Assembly (NCBI GenBank): GCA_041661745.1
Contig: JBAZTR010000001.1
Location: 79,740 to 143,739, forward strand
Direction: 5' to 3'
DNA from: Patescibacteria group bacterium
GTDB taxonomy: Bacteria; Patescibacteriota; Patescibacteriia; UBA9934; GWF2-40-263
Length of the DNA stretch: 64,000 nucleotides
The translations under genes and the position numbers were made by a program. Each line of letters begins with the position of its first letter. The stretch's first letter is position 1. A model generated the notes under the pieces. The model did not search any database and was not told the DNA's origin. It saw only the letters and a program-made list of their open reading frames with translations. Of the stretch, positions 40,230 through 49,709 are shown piece by piece.

Positions 40230-41144
40230 ATGCCGGCTCCTACCTTCGACGACCTGCCCAGTTTCAACATCCCTCTGGAAATTGCCGACAAGGGGTGCTG
40301 CGGAAAGGCACTCAGAGCAGCCGAATTTCTCTACAAGCACTTCGGTCTGTCGCCACAGATGGTTCCAAGAACCCTGATCGTTCTGGGCAGCGGCCTCGGC
40401 GAAGCTCTCGTCATCAAGGATGAGCAGGCCATCGACCTCTCCGAGATCCCTGGATTCGAAGGACTGCCGACTCACCCGACGCACAAGCGCCAGCTCTGCT
40501 TCGGCTCGATCAGTGGGCGGCTGGTGTTCGTCCTGCGCGGGCGGATCCACTTGAACGAAGGCCCGAACGACCAGGCCCACCTCGATCGCCTTCGCCTCAT
40601 GACCGAGATGTTCTGCGTCATCGGCGTCAAGAACTATGTTCTCACCGCGGCCGTCGGCGCCATCTACTACGCTCTGCCGTGGTGGAAGCGCGTGTTCGTG
40701 CCAAACCCCCTGGGGGCCATGGCCTTCATCGACGGCTTCTTCACCCAGTTCGCCCCAGTGCGCTGCGGCCGCAGTGCCGAGTTCGCCTGCAAGGAAGGCC
40801 TGCTCGACCCGGAGCTTATCCAGAAAGCCGAACGCGTCGCTCGGTTGTCCGGCTTCAGAACGGTCAGGGGCGTTCACGGCATGATCATCGGCCCCTACTT
40901 CGAAACCTGGTTCGACAAGCTGACCCTGGCCAAACTCGGGGTCAAGGTCGTCGGCATGTCCATTCTGCCCGAGGTGGACATCGTTTCACTCTACAACGAC
41001 GGAACCATGAGGGTGCTGCCGGTTGGCCTCGTCACCAACCTCGACCGCGGCAGGCACAGCGACAAGGAGATCCGCGCCAAGGTCGGGGGTGCGGTCGTGA
41101 AATTCGCTGATTTCATCGGCGGCTTGCTCCAGGTCATCGGCTAG
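40230..41144 (+). CDS. Divergent purine nucleoside phosphorylase (PNP type I fold), GC-rich
   Basis: IVLGSGLG, EIPGF, GRIH.NEG, GPYFET, VGMS..PE, VTN. Confidence 0.85.
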   Translation: MPAPTFDDLPSFNIPLEIADKGCCGKALRAAEFLYKHFGLSPQMVPRTLIVLGSGLGEALVIKDEQAIDLSEIPGFEGLPTHPTHKRQLCFGSISGRLVFVLRGRIHLNEGPNDQAHLDRLRLMTEMFCVIGVKNYVLTAAVGAIYYALPWWKRVFVPNPLGAMAFIDGFFTQFAPVRCGRSAEFACKEGLLDPELIQKAERVARLSGFRTVRGVHGMIIGPYFETWFDKLTLAKLGVKVVGMSILPEVDIVSLYNDGTMRVLPVGLVTNLDRGRHSDKEIRAKVGGAVVKFADFIGGLLQVIG

Positions 41145-41151
41145 CTCCTCT

Positions 41152-41180
41152 CTACACCCCTCGCCGGGTGTATTTTTTTT
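41152..41180 (+). terminator. Intrinsic terminator
   Basis: TACACCC CTCGCC GGGTGTA plus T-tract. Confidence 0.75.
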
Positions 41181-41276
41181 ATAAAAAATATCAAAAAAGG
41201 AGGCTTGACCGTTTCTAGTTTTTGTGGTTAAGATATCGGGCCAGCAACCGCTGGATAGTGATAGGGGGTTTGAACC

Positions 41277-42476
41277 ATGGGTAGCCTTTTCCCAGGATTC
41301 TTGGCATTCTTGGCTGATGTGCCCGCGGCCGAGGCCAAGGCAGCGGAGATCCGCAACTTCCTTCCCCAGATCAACATGGGCGAAGTGAGGACCGAGTTCT
41401 CGCCCGAAGACGTCCACGGCATCCTGTGCGCGATCCTGAAGCCGCTGGAGGACATTCCCGCTGGCTTCAGTCTCCAGGACGAAGCCGGTCACGGGTCGGG
41501 CCACATGCGGCGGGACTTGCTCCACGCCGTTCTCCTCGGCACCCGCCTCAAGGACATCGACGCGAGCCATTGCTTCCCGGCGATCATCGCCGGAACCCTT
41601 CACGACGTGGGCTGCTTCATCGTCAAGCGCTACGGGGATGCTCACGAGCTTCTCCGCCACGCCGAGGTCGGGGCCCTGTACGTGAACTACGTCCTGGAAC
41701 AGCTTGGCCTGGTCAACACCGCCGAGCGGATGGCCATCGTCTACGGCATCGCCGCCCACACCCACTACCTGGGACCGCAGACGGTCAAGCTGAAGGATGG
41801 TCGGGAGGTGGTGATTCAGCCATACCCCGACATGATCAACGGCAAGCCGGTCTGGTTCGTGTGGATCACCCGCTGGGTCGATCGCCTCGACTGCGGCGGT
41901 GGGGCCTTCGTCGGTCGTCACTTCCTGACCCTGCTCAAGGCGCACCAGGACTACGACGGCAAGAACTTCTACGAGGTCAGCTTCGCCGAGCACCTTCGGC
42001 CGATCCGCCGGCCGCCCGAGGAGATCAAGGCGGCGGGTGGCAAGCGCACGATGGCCGAACACCTCCAGATGTTCGTCGACACCCAGAACAACGAATCACC
42101 GTACGGCCAGCACGACTTCGGCCTGATGGTCGAGCTGCGTGACGCCTACAAGGCCCGCCTGCAGCGAGTCATCGAGGCCGTGCTCCAGCCGGACGACGGA
42201 GTGGAGCCGACCGAAGTTGACGAGATGATTGTCAGGCACTGGCTCAATCGTGTCGAGCCGAGCTACCTCGGAAGGACGACGGCCAGGGATCTGCTGATCA
42301 AGCTGCACGACCTCGACCCGGCGTCGCGGCGGGCCTGGATGCGTGGCTTCCGGGTCGCGTCCGAAGAGTACGCCGCCTGGACCCGTGAGGCATGCGGGGT
42401 CATGGCGGACATCCATGTCCTCGTCTTCCCGTTGCCGATCTTCGGCGGCATCGCCGATGTCCTCTGGATGCCGTAG
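41277..42476 (+). CDS. HD-domain phosphohydrolase-like protein, GC-rich
   Basis: GHGSGH...LHDVG...HAEVGA...IAAHTH...VDRLD. Confidence 0.8.
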   Translation: MGSLFPGFLAFLADVPAAEAKAAEIRNFLPQINMGEVRTEFSPEDVHGILCAILKPLEDIPAGFSLQDEAGHGSGHMRRDLLHAVLLGTRLKDIDASHCFPAIIAGTLHDVGCFIVKRYGDAHELLRHAEVGALYVNYVLEQLGLVNTAERMAIVYGIAAHTHYLGPQTVKLKDGREVVIQPYPDMINGKPVWFVWITRWVDRLDCGGGAFVGRHFLTLLKAHQDYDGKNFYEVSFAEHLRPIRRPPEEIKAAGGKRTMAEHLQMFVDTQNNESPYGQHDFGLMVELRDAYKARLQRVIEAVLQPDDGVEPTEVDEMIVRHWLNRVEPSYLGRTTARDLLIKLHDLDPASRRAWMRGFRVASEEYAAWTREACGVMADIHVLVFPLPIFGGIADVLWMP

Positions 42477-42493
42477 ACACTCCTGCGGCTCCT

Positions 42494-42556
42494 GCGGTCA
42501 ACCTTCTCAGGTTGGCCGCTTTTTTAATAAAAAAATCCGACCCTGCGAGGCAGAGT
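42494..42556. terminator. Two back-to-back terminators for convergent GC-rich genes
   Basis: + strand GCGGTCAACCT TCTC AGGTTGGCCGC TTTTTT; - strand CCGACTCTGC CTC GCAGGGTCGG ATTTTTT. Confidence 0.75.
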
Positions 42557-42603
42557 CGGCGAGTGGAGTGGAAGTTGAAGACGATGGTGGCAGGGCGGCC
42601 TTG

Positions 42604-42924
42604 CTATTCACAGACCTCCACCCTCGTGCCGTCCACCATGAACTTGGTTCTCCGACCCGACGAGGTGTCGAGGAAGGTCACGACTGCGAACCTCCTCGAG
42701 TTCGGCGGGTCACCCTCGACAGAGGTGAGATCCCTGAACAGGGGGAGGGTGGGCTGCTGCCTGTACTGGAGGTACAGCGTGTACCCCAAGTTCTCGAGCT
42801 TGTCCACGACCATGTCCCGCTCCTTCGCCGTCTTGAAGAAGAGGACGGCGAAAACGATGGCGACGGCGAGGAGAACGAGAGCCAGGCCGACGAGCGACCC
42901 GCAAAGAAAAACAAGTGGATTCAT
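42604..42924 (-). CDS. Small single-TM hypothetical protein, GC-rich (start reassigned to 42924)
   Basis: GAGGGA SD-like motif before ATG; promoter TTGACT-N17-TAATCT at 42963-42991. Confidence 0.7.
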   Translation of the reverse strand: MNPLVFLCGSLVGLALVLLAVAIVFAVLFFKTAKERDMVVDKLENLGYTLYLQYRQQPTLPLFRDLTSVEGDPPNSRRFAVVTFLDTSSGRRTKFMVDGTRVEVCE

Positions 42925-43032
42925 GATTCCCTCGGGGTGCAGTGGTTCACGTCGCACGCGAGAGATTAGCAAAAAAACTGTTACAAGTCAAGCCTTTCGT
43001 GACCAGTGATTTCGTGATATTCTGTCCTCGTT

Positions 43033-43623
43033 ATGAGTATGGATGCCGCATGGGTTTATAAGGAGTTATTTGCCGAATATGGCCATCAACACTGGTGGCC
43101 TAAACATAAGGGCAAAAAACGTCGTGGTTTTGACCCGCGCTTTGAAATAATTGTCGGGGCCGTGCTTACTCAAAACACGTCTTGGAAAAATGTTGAGAAG
43201 GCTATCGAATGTTTATTCGAAAAGAACCTGCTCGACGCCATCTCGATTGCCGAAGCACCGATAAAACGACTTGAGACATGTATTCGTTCGTCGGGTTACT
43301 ACAAACAAAAAGCCAAGAAGTTAAAAATCGTTGCCAACTTTTTCCTTGAACACAAAAAGAAACCGAGCAGGGAAGAACTTCTGTCTTTATGGGGCATTGG
43401 ACGCGAGACGGCTGATTCAATTCTTTTGTACGCTTTCAATCATCCAATTTTCGTTGTTGATGCTTACACTCGCCGACTTCTTGCCGCGCACGGACAAAAG
43501 AAGCTGGCCGAAGCTGATTATGATAAAATAAGAATGTTTTTTGAAACGCATTTACCATCCGATTATAAATTGTTTAACGAGTATCATGCGTTAATTGTGG
43601 CTTGGGGAAAAATTAAAAAATAA
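43033..43623 (+). CDS. Endonuclease III-related HhH-GPD protein
   Basis: GAVLTQNTSW, LWGIGRETADSILLY, VVDAY. Confidence 0.9.
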   Translation: MSMDAAWVYKELFAEYGHQHWWPKHKGKKRRGFDPRFEIIVGAVLTQNTSWKNVEKAIECLFEKNLLDAISIAEAPIKRLETCIRSSGYYKQKAKKLKIVANFFLEHKKKPSREELLSLWGIGRETADSILLYAFNHPIFVVDAYTRRLLAAHGQKKLAEADYDKIRMFFETHLPSDYKLFNEYHALIVAWGKIKK

Positions 43624-43626
43624 ATT

Positions 43627-44088
43627 ATGCGAGAAAGAATAATGTCACCTGATGAAACTAAGAAGGATCCGGCCGAATACGATGTTCCACACCATCGAAT
43701 AAGTATTGAATTAGGTGGACAAGAAGTTGGTTATGCCGAAATGCTTTATTTTAGTGAACCAACTAGATTTTTTTACCTTGATTTCGTAAGAGTAAAACCA
43801 GAAAATCGTGGTTTAAGATTAGGTAGTTATATTGTTGAGTCGGTTAATAAATTTTTGGATCAAAAAAAACTCCCTGGTGTTTTGATGAATATCATTAAGT
43901 CAGATGAAGCGGCCACGGGAATTTACGAAAGACACGGTTGGCAAACGACTGAATTTGATAACTTTATGATTTATTCACCCCGAAAAAAAATGCCGTCTGA
44001 AATGGTAAAAAAAATGGTTCGGAGAATCAATGGATGGTGTGTTAAATTTTATGATAACAAACGGGATGAAAAACCACTGGCTGCTTAA
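43627..44088 (+). CDS. GNAT family acetyltransferase-like protein
   Basis: VRVKPENRGLRLG, IYERHGW. Confidence 0.75.
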   Translation: MRERIMSPDETKKDPAEYDVPHHRISIELGGQEVGYAEMLYFSEPTRFFYLDFVRVKPENRGLRLGSYIVESVNKFLDQKKLPGVLMNIIKSDEAATGIYERHGWQTTEFDNFMIYSPRKKMPSEMVKKMVRRINGWCVKFYDNKRDEKPLAA

Positions 44089-44090
44089 TT

Positions 44091-47057
44091 ATGCCCAAAA
44101 AGAAAACCGTAAAATCAGAACTACTTACCAATCTTAATGAAGAGCAGGTTACGGCCGTCACTCACAAAGGCGGTCCGCTTATGATTGTCGCTGGCGCGGG
44201 CACGGGCAAGACTACGGTTATCACCAAACGCATCGCGTGGCTTATCGAGCAAGGCCTGGCCACACCGGAAAATATTCTGGCTCTAACTTTTACAGAAAAG
44301 GCAGCAGCAGAAATGGAAGAGCGTGTTGATCTTCTTTTGCCTTATGGTTATGTTGATCTTCAAGTTTCCACCTTTCACTCTTTCTGTGAACGAATTTTAC
44401 GAGACTACGGGGTGGAAATTGGCCTATCCAGTGAGTTTAAACTTACCAGTGAGCTTGATGCCTGGCTCCTCGCTAGGGCGAATTTTGAGCGCTTTGAGCT
44501 TGATTACTACCGGCCGCTCGGAAACCCCACTAAGTACCTGCGTTCGCTCCTCAGCCACTTTTCGCGGGCTAAGGACGAAATGGTTAGTCCAGATGACTAT
44601 TTAGCCTATGCCGAAGCCGAGCGGGCTAACTTGGACAGCACAAACTCTGACGAAGAGGCCACTTCCGAGGTCAATCGTCTGACTGAATTAGCCAAGGCTT
44701 ATCACACTTATCAGCAAGTCTTATTAGAAAATGATTCGCTTGATTTTGGTGATTTGATTTTGTACACGCTTCATCTTTTACAAAAACGCCCGCGGGTTCT
44801 TAAGGCTTTGCGCGCTAAATATAAATTCATTTTGGTTGATGAGTTTCAGGACACCAACTGGGCTCAGTATGAATTGGTAAAACTCCTGGCCGCGCCGGAA
44901 AATAACTTAACCGTGGTTGGTGATGACGATCAAAGCGTTTACAAATTTCGTGGCGCCTCGCTTTCTAACATTTTGCAGTTTGAAAAAGATTATCCTGATT
45001 GTGCTCGGGTGATTCTGACCAAAAATTATCGTTCGGGCCAAAAGATTTTGGACAGCGCTTACGAATTCATTCAAAAAAATAACCCCAATCGTTTAGAAGG
45101 TCGGGCTGGCGCTGACGGAAAGCCGTTTGATAAGCGGTTGATTTCGCAGGCCGCGTTGGCTGGACACGTTGAACACTTGCATTATTCAACCTTGTCGGAG
45201 GAAACCCGCGGCGTGGCCGAAAAGATTTTGCTTCTGAAAGAAAAGTATCCTGATGCCAACTGGAATGATTTTGGTATTCTGATTCGTGCCAATTCCGCGG
45301 CTGATGATTTTATTGCCGCCTTTGAACGCTATCATATTCCTTATCAGTTCATGGCCATGCGCGGGCTGTATGTTAAACCGGTTATTTTGGATTTGGTTGC
45401 GTTATTGGAGGTCGTCGATAATCCATTTCAATCCCCAAGTCTTTATCGTTTGCTGTCGCACGACATTTTTAAACTGGCGCCGCATGATCTTTCAACTCTA
45501 AATCATTTTGCTCGACGTAAAGGCCGCATGCTGTATGAAGCGGCACGGCAAGCGCGGATCATCGAGGATCTTTCACCTGAAGCTGTGGCGACGGTTGAGC
45601 ATCTACTTTCACTAATCAGCAAGTTGGCCGAAGCCGCTAAAACCAAACGCGCCTCGGAGTTGGTAATAATGGCCGCCAAAGAAAGTGGCCTAATGACTTT
45701 CTTAAATAACCTGCCTGAAGCAAAGAAGCAGGAAGATTTTCGTTTCCTTCATCAGTTCCATGAACGCGTCAAAAAATTTGAGACTAGGGGCTCCGAAAGA
45801 TCGCTCCACGCCTTTCTTGAAGAATTCCGCCACGAACGCGACGCCGGTGAAGAAGGCTCGCTGTCGATTGATGCCGAAGCTGGGCCGGATTTGGTTAAAA
45901 TCATGACTATTCACGGCTCAAAAGGCCTGGAATTCCGTTTTGTCTTTATCGTTAATCTGGTTGATAGAAAATTTCCGACATCAGAGAGAAGGGAAGCAAT
46001 TGAATTACCAGAGGCTTTGGTTAAAGAAAAAGTCCCGGAAGGTGATTTGCATTTGGAAGAAGAGCGTCGTTTGTTCTACGTGGCTATGACGCGCGCCAAA
46101 GACGCTTTGTATTTCACTTCGGCTGAAGATTATGGTGGTGCACGAAAACGAAAACTCTCACGTTTCTTGGATGAACTCGGTATTGATAAGCCGGAAATTT
46201 TTTCGACCGATGCCGTTGGCCCGTTTGTTGAAAACGAAATAGTCGAAGCAGAAATTAAGTTAACTCCTTATCGCATTCCAAAACAATTAAGCTTTACTCA
46301 ACTTCGCGCTTTTGAATCGTGTCCGTTGCAATATAAATTCGCGCACATTTTAGAAATTCCGGTTTTTGAATCGTGGTCGTTGTCTTTTGGTAAAACCATG
46401 CACAACACCCTGCAAGCTTTCTTTCAATTGTGGCTGGAACGTGTTGGGGCACAGCAGACTTCGCTTTTTGCAAAACCTACGGTGGCTCCGAAAGAAGGTG
46501 AATTGCCGGTTTCTCTAGACGAACTTTTGAAATTGTATAAAGAAAAATGGCTTGACGATTGGTATCAAGATCAAAAACAACGCGATGAATATTTTAAGTC
46601 TGGTGAAGACTCCTTGAAACAATATTTTATCCTTCTCAAAAATAATCCGCCGCGGCCTAAGTCGCTTGAACAAGGCTTCACTTTGAAGATCGGTGACGTG
46701 GCGATTAAGGGTCGCATCGACCGCATTGATGATGTCGAAGGTGGCGTTGAGCTTATCGATTACAAAACCGGAACGCCAAAAGATGAGTTAAAGAAAGAAG
46801 ATCGTGAGCAGTTGTTGATTTATCAAATGGCTATAGAGGACGTTCTTCACTTGAAACCAATTAAACTGACCTATCACTACCTTAGCAATCACACCGAGCA
46901 GTCGTTTATTGGGACACCGGAAGAATTGAGCGAACTTAAAGAAAAGATTTTGGAAGAATACGCCCGCATGAAGGACAGTAACTTTGCGGCCACTCCGGGT
47001 TGGCAGTGCGGCTTCTGCGATTTCCGCGACATCTGCGAATTTAGATCGGGTAACTAA
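44091..47057 (+). CDS. UvrD/PcrA-type helicase fused to a PD-(D/E)XK nuclease with an Fe-S Cys motif
   Basis: AGAGTGKT, VDEFQD, TIHGSKGLEF, EERRLFYVAMTRA; GRIDRID..IDYKT; CPLQY and CGFCDFRDIC. Confidence 0.93.
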   Translation: MPKKKTVKSELLTNLNEEQVTAVTHKGGPLMIVAGAGTGKTTVITKRIAWLIEQGLATPENILALTFTEKAAAEMEERVDLLLPYGYVDLQVSTFHSFCERILRDYGVEIGLSSEFKLTSELDAWLLARANFERFELDYYRPLGNPTKYLRSLLSHFSRAKDEMVSPDDYLAYAEAERANLDSTNSDEEATSEVNRLTELAKAYHTYQQVLLENDSLDFGDLILYTLHLLQKRPRVLKALRAKYKFILVDEFQDTNWAQYELVKLLAAPENNLTVVGDDDQSVYKFRGASLSNILQFEKDYPDCARVILTKNYRSGQKILDSAYEFIQKNNPNRLEGRAGADGKPFDKRLISQAALAGHVEHLHYSTLSEETRGVAEKILLLKEKYPDANWNDFGILIRANSAADDFIAAFERYHIPYQFMAMRGLYVKPVILDLVALLEVVDNPFQSPSLYRLLSHDIFKLAPHDLSTLNHFARRKGRMLYEAARQARIIEDLSPEAVATVEHLLSLISKLAEAAKTKRASELVIMAAKESGLMTFLNNLPEAKKQEDFRFLHQFHERVKKFETRGSERSLHAFLEEFRHERDAGEEGSLSIDAEAGPDLVKIMTIHGSKGLEFRFVFIVNLVDRKFPTSERREAIELPEALVKEKVPEGDLHLEEERRLFYVAMTRAKDALYFTSAEDYGGARKRKLSRFLDELGIDKPEIFSTDAVGPFVENEIVEAEIKLTPYRIPKQLSFTQLRAFESCPLQYKFAHILEIPVFESWSLSFGKTMHNTLQAFFQLWLERVGAQQTSLFAKPTVAPKEGELPVSLDELLKLYKEKWLDDWYQDQKQRDEYFKSGEDSLKQYFILLKNNPPRPKSLEQGFTLKIGDVAIKGRIDRIDDVEGGVELIDYKTGTPKDELKKEDREQLLIYQMAIEDVLHLKPIKLTYHYLSNHTEQSFIGTPEELSELKEKILEEYARMKDSNFAATPGWQCGFCDFRDICEFRSGN

Positions 47058-47058
47058 T

Positions 47059-47361
47059 ATGTTACAGCTTAAAGATCTGTTATCAGACGCTCTTCGCCGC
47101 GGCCATATTGGTCGCGAAATTGCCGCGGTAAAAATTACCGAAGCTTTTGATGAGTTGGTTCAAGAAAATCTACCACTGTCTCGAAAAAAAGATGTTTTTG
47201 CTATATCTTTTAAAGATGGCGTGTTAGAAGCCGGATGTAAAAATAGTATGGCCATGCATTGGTTAACCATGCGCGAACAAGATTTTTTAATTGCTTTATC
47301 GCATCGCATGTCCGAAGTCAGTGTTAAAAAAATAAAAGCAAAAATAAAATATGACTTTTAA
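47059..47361 (+). CDS. DUF721/DciA-like protein (start reassigned to 47059)
   Basis: AISFKDGVLEAGC.NS..MHWL pattern; size. Confidence 0.6.
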   Translation: MLQLKDLLSDALRRGHIGREIAAVKITEAFDELVQENLPLSRKKDVFAISFKDGVLEAGCKNSMAMHWLTMREQDFLIALSHRMSEVSVKKIKAKIKYDF

Positions 47362-47746
47362 ACAATTTTTATTGACCATGCTTGCGGCCACGGCCGTTGT
47401 TTGGCTGGCGTGGTTGTTCATTTTATTTAACATTGATCCAATGACCTCAAGTTGGGTTAGTTTTTTATTTTTTTACTTCACCTTGGGTGTATCTTTAACC
47501 GGCACAATGACGGTAATCGGGACAGCTGTTCGTCGACGCTTTCGACCAAGCGATTTAGTCTCGCGACAGGTTCTGGCCTCGTTCCGCCAATCAGTTTGGC
47601 TTTCGATAATTTTGATCGTGGCCCTGATTCTTCTGTCACAGGGGGTTTTTCACCTGTGGATTATTACCCTGGTTATCTTTGTCTTTGCTTTGGTGGAATT
47701 GGCTTTCTTAAGCGCCCGTCGGCGTCCTTCGGGCATGATTGGGTGA
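47351..47746 (+). CDS. Hypothetical membrane protein
   Basis: 4 TM segments; NIDP, SFRQ. Confidence 0.75.
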   Translation: MTFKQFLLTMLAATAVVWLAWLFILFNIDPMTSSWVSFLFFYFTLGVSLTGTMTVIGTAVRRRFRPSDLVSRQVLASFRQSVWLSIILIVALILLSQGVFHLWIITLVIFVFALVELAFLSARRRPSGMIG

Positions 47747-47771
47747 CGACTTTTCTGTCTCAAGCCGAGTA

Positions 47772-47818
47772 TTGTCCCCGAGAAAATAAACAGGTACTAT
47801 ATTAGTACCTGTTTATTT
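47772..47818 (+). promoter_or_regulatory. mreB promoter overlapped by a perfect palindrome with 16-bp arms
   Basis: TTGTCC-N17-TACTAT; AAATAAACAGGTACTA TAT TAGTACCTGTTTATTT. Confidence 0.6.
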
Positions 47819-47819
47819 A

Positions 47820-48896
47820 GTGTTCGTAGATTCTGTGATCAAATTTTTCAACAATTTACTCGGTCGTTTTTCCAAGGACATTGGAATTGATTTGGGTACG
47901 GCCAACACCTTGGTTTATGTCCGGGATTCCGGCATCGTAATTAATGAGCCATCAGTGGTCGCCATCAATTCTCGCAACGACCAAATTTTTGCCGTTGGTC
48001 GTGACGCTCGCGACATGATCGGGAAAACGCCACCACATCTTACCGTGGTTAAACCGTTAACCAAAGGGGTCATTTCAGATTTTGAAGTAACGGAAAAAAT
48101 GTTAAAGTATTTTATTGATCGCATTCATCGTGACTCTAAAACCTTAGTGCCACGGCCGCGCGTAGTTATTGGTGTGCCGCCAGAAATTACCGAGGTTGAA
48201 CGCAAGGCCGTTGAAGACGCGGTTTTTTCCGCCGGAGCGCGTGAAGTGTTTTTGGTGGAAGAGCCAATGTTGGCCGCGATCGGAGCACGTTTGCCGGTAG
48301 CCGAATCAGTTGGAACTTTAATTGTCGATATCGGTGGCGGGACCACTGATATTGCCGTTATTTCATTGGCCGGTGTCGTAACTTGGAAATCCTTGGCTAT
48401 TGCCGGCGATGAACTTAATAAAAACATTATTACCTATAGTCGCGACGTTTTTAATCTTCTTTTAGGTGAACGACAAGCCGAGTTGGTTAAAATGCGTATT
48501 GGCAGCGCTATTCCGCAAGAGGAAGTTTTATCCATGGAAATGCGCGGTCGCGATCTTTTATCCGGCCTGCCTAAAGAAATCATTGTTAACGATAGCCAAA
48601 TTCGCGACGCGATAAATCGTTCCATTCGCACCATTGTTGAGAATGTTAAGGCCACCCTTGAAGTCACCCCACCGGAGTTGGTGGCCGATATTTACGAACG
48701 CGGTATTGTGTTAACTGGCGGCGGCGCGCTTTTACGCGGTTTTGATAAACTTCTCTCTCACGAAACAGCTATTCCGGTACGCGTGGCCGACGATCCGCTG
48801 ACTTGTGTTGTCCGCGGGGCCGGATTGTTGCTTGAAAACGAAGAACTTCTTCGTGATGTTTCCTTACCTTCATCGCGCGAAGGGGGCATCGTATAA
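47820..48896 (+). CDS. mreB: Rod shape protein MreB
   Basis: GIDLGTANT, DIGGGTT, LTGGGALL. Confidence 0.97.
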   Translation: MFVDSVIKFFNNLLGRFSKDIGIDLGTANTLVYVRDSGIVINEPSVVAINSRNDQIFAVGRDARDMIGKTPPHLTVVKPLTKGVISDFEVTEKMLKYFIDRIHRDSKTLVPRPRVVIGVPPEITEVERKAVEDAVFSAGAREVFLVEEPMLAAIGARLPVAESVGTLIVDIGGGTTDIAVISLAGVVTWKSLAIAGDELNKNIITYSRDVFNLLLGERQAELVKMRIGSAIPQEEVLSMEMRGRDLLSGLPKEIIVNDSQIRDAINRSIRTIVENVKATLEVTPPELVADIYERGIVLTGGGALLRGFDKLLSHETAIPVRVADDPLTCVVRGAGLLLENEELLRDVSLPSSREGGIV

Positions 48897-48908
48897 TTTT
48901 TTTATATT

Positions 48909-49709
48909 ATGATGTGGCAGCAAAACTATCGTCGTTTTTTTATATGGTTGTTGCCGCCTTTGGTTTTAATAATTTTAGTTTTACTTTTCCTAAGTCTTTT
49001 ACCAAACGGCTTGGCTTTGTTTGAACGCCCGTTATCTTCGGCCGGCGGCTGGCTGGAACGACAATGGATAGCAATATTTCCTGCCAAGGAAGGGAAGACC
49101 TATTGCGCTACCAGTGACTCTGAACTTTTAATGGCCTTGGCTGTGGACCAATCGGAATTTGAAGCGTTAAAAATGGAAAACGAAAATCTGCATCTTCAAC
49201 TTGGTTTTTTTGAACGACAATCTTTTGAATACGTTCCGGCCAGAATTATTAAACGTTCGTCTTTGCCAACTGATGATGTTTTTGTAATCGATCATGGAGC
49301 CGACGACGGTATTGCCATTGGCTCGGCGGTGATCGTGGCCGACGGTCATTTAATCGGTAAGGTCATCGAGGTTAAAGGGCAAAGCGCCGTGGTGCAATCA
49401 ATTTTGGGCCGCAATACCGAAGTTGCTGTTTCTCTTTTAAATTCTTCACGCACCATTGGCCTCAGCGAAGGAAGTGGCGGGGCCTTGCTTTCGCTTCTTT
49501 TTATTCCCCAAGATGAAAACATCGCGGTTAATGATTTAGTCGTAACTTCCGGTTTGGAAGAAACAATTCCCCCGGGTTTGGTTGTTGGCGTGGTAACCGG
49601 AGTGGAACGCGATCAGGCCGCGCCATTTCAAACAGCTACGGTTGAGCCGCTAATCGATTCGCGACAATTCAACACGGTTTCAGTTATTATTCTGGAAACA
49701 GATTTATGA
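48909..49709 (+). CDS. mreC: MreC
   Basis: TM plus coiled coil, VTSGL...PPGLVVG; synteny. Confidence 0.9.
   Translation: MMWQQNYRRFFIWLLPPLVLIILVLLFLSLLPNGLALFERPLSSAGGWLERQWIAIFPAKEGKTYCATSDSELLMALAVDQSEFEALKMENENLHLQLGFFERQSFEYVPARIIKRSSLPTDDVFVIDHGADDGIAIGSAVIVADGHLIGKVIEVKGQSAVVQSILGRNTEVAVSLLNSSRTIGLSEGSGGALLSLLFIPQDENIAVNDLVVTSGLEETIPPGLVVGVVTGVERDQAAPFQTATVEPLIDSRQFNTVSVIILETDL

Noticed and set aside
40155-43009. Long antisense and alternate-frame ORFs (40986..42062, 40155..40877, 41426..42142, 42343..42969)
   Set aside because: Expected stop-codon scarcity in GC3-rich genes; the chosen frames have motifs, promoters and terminators
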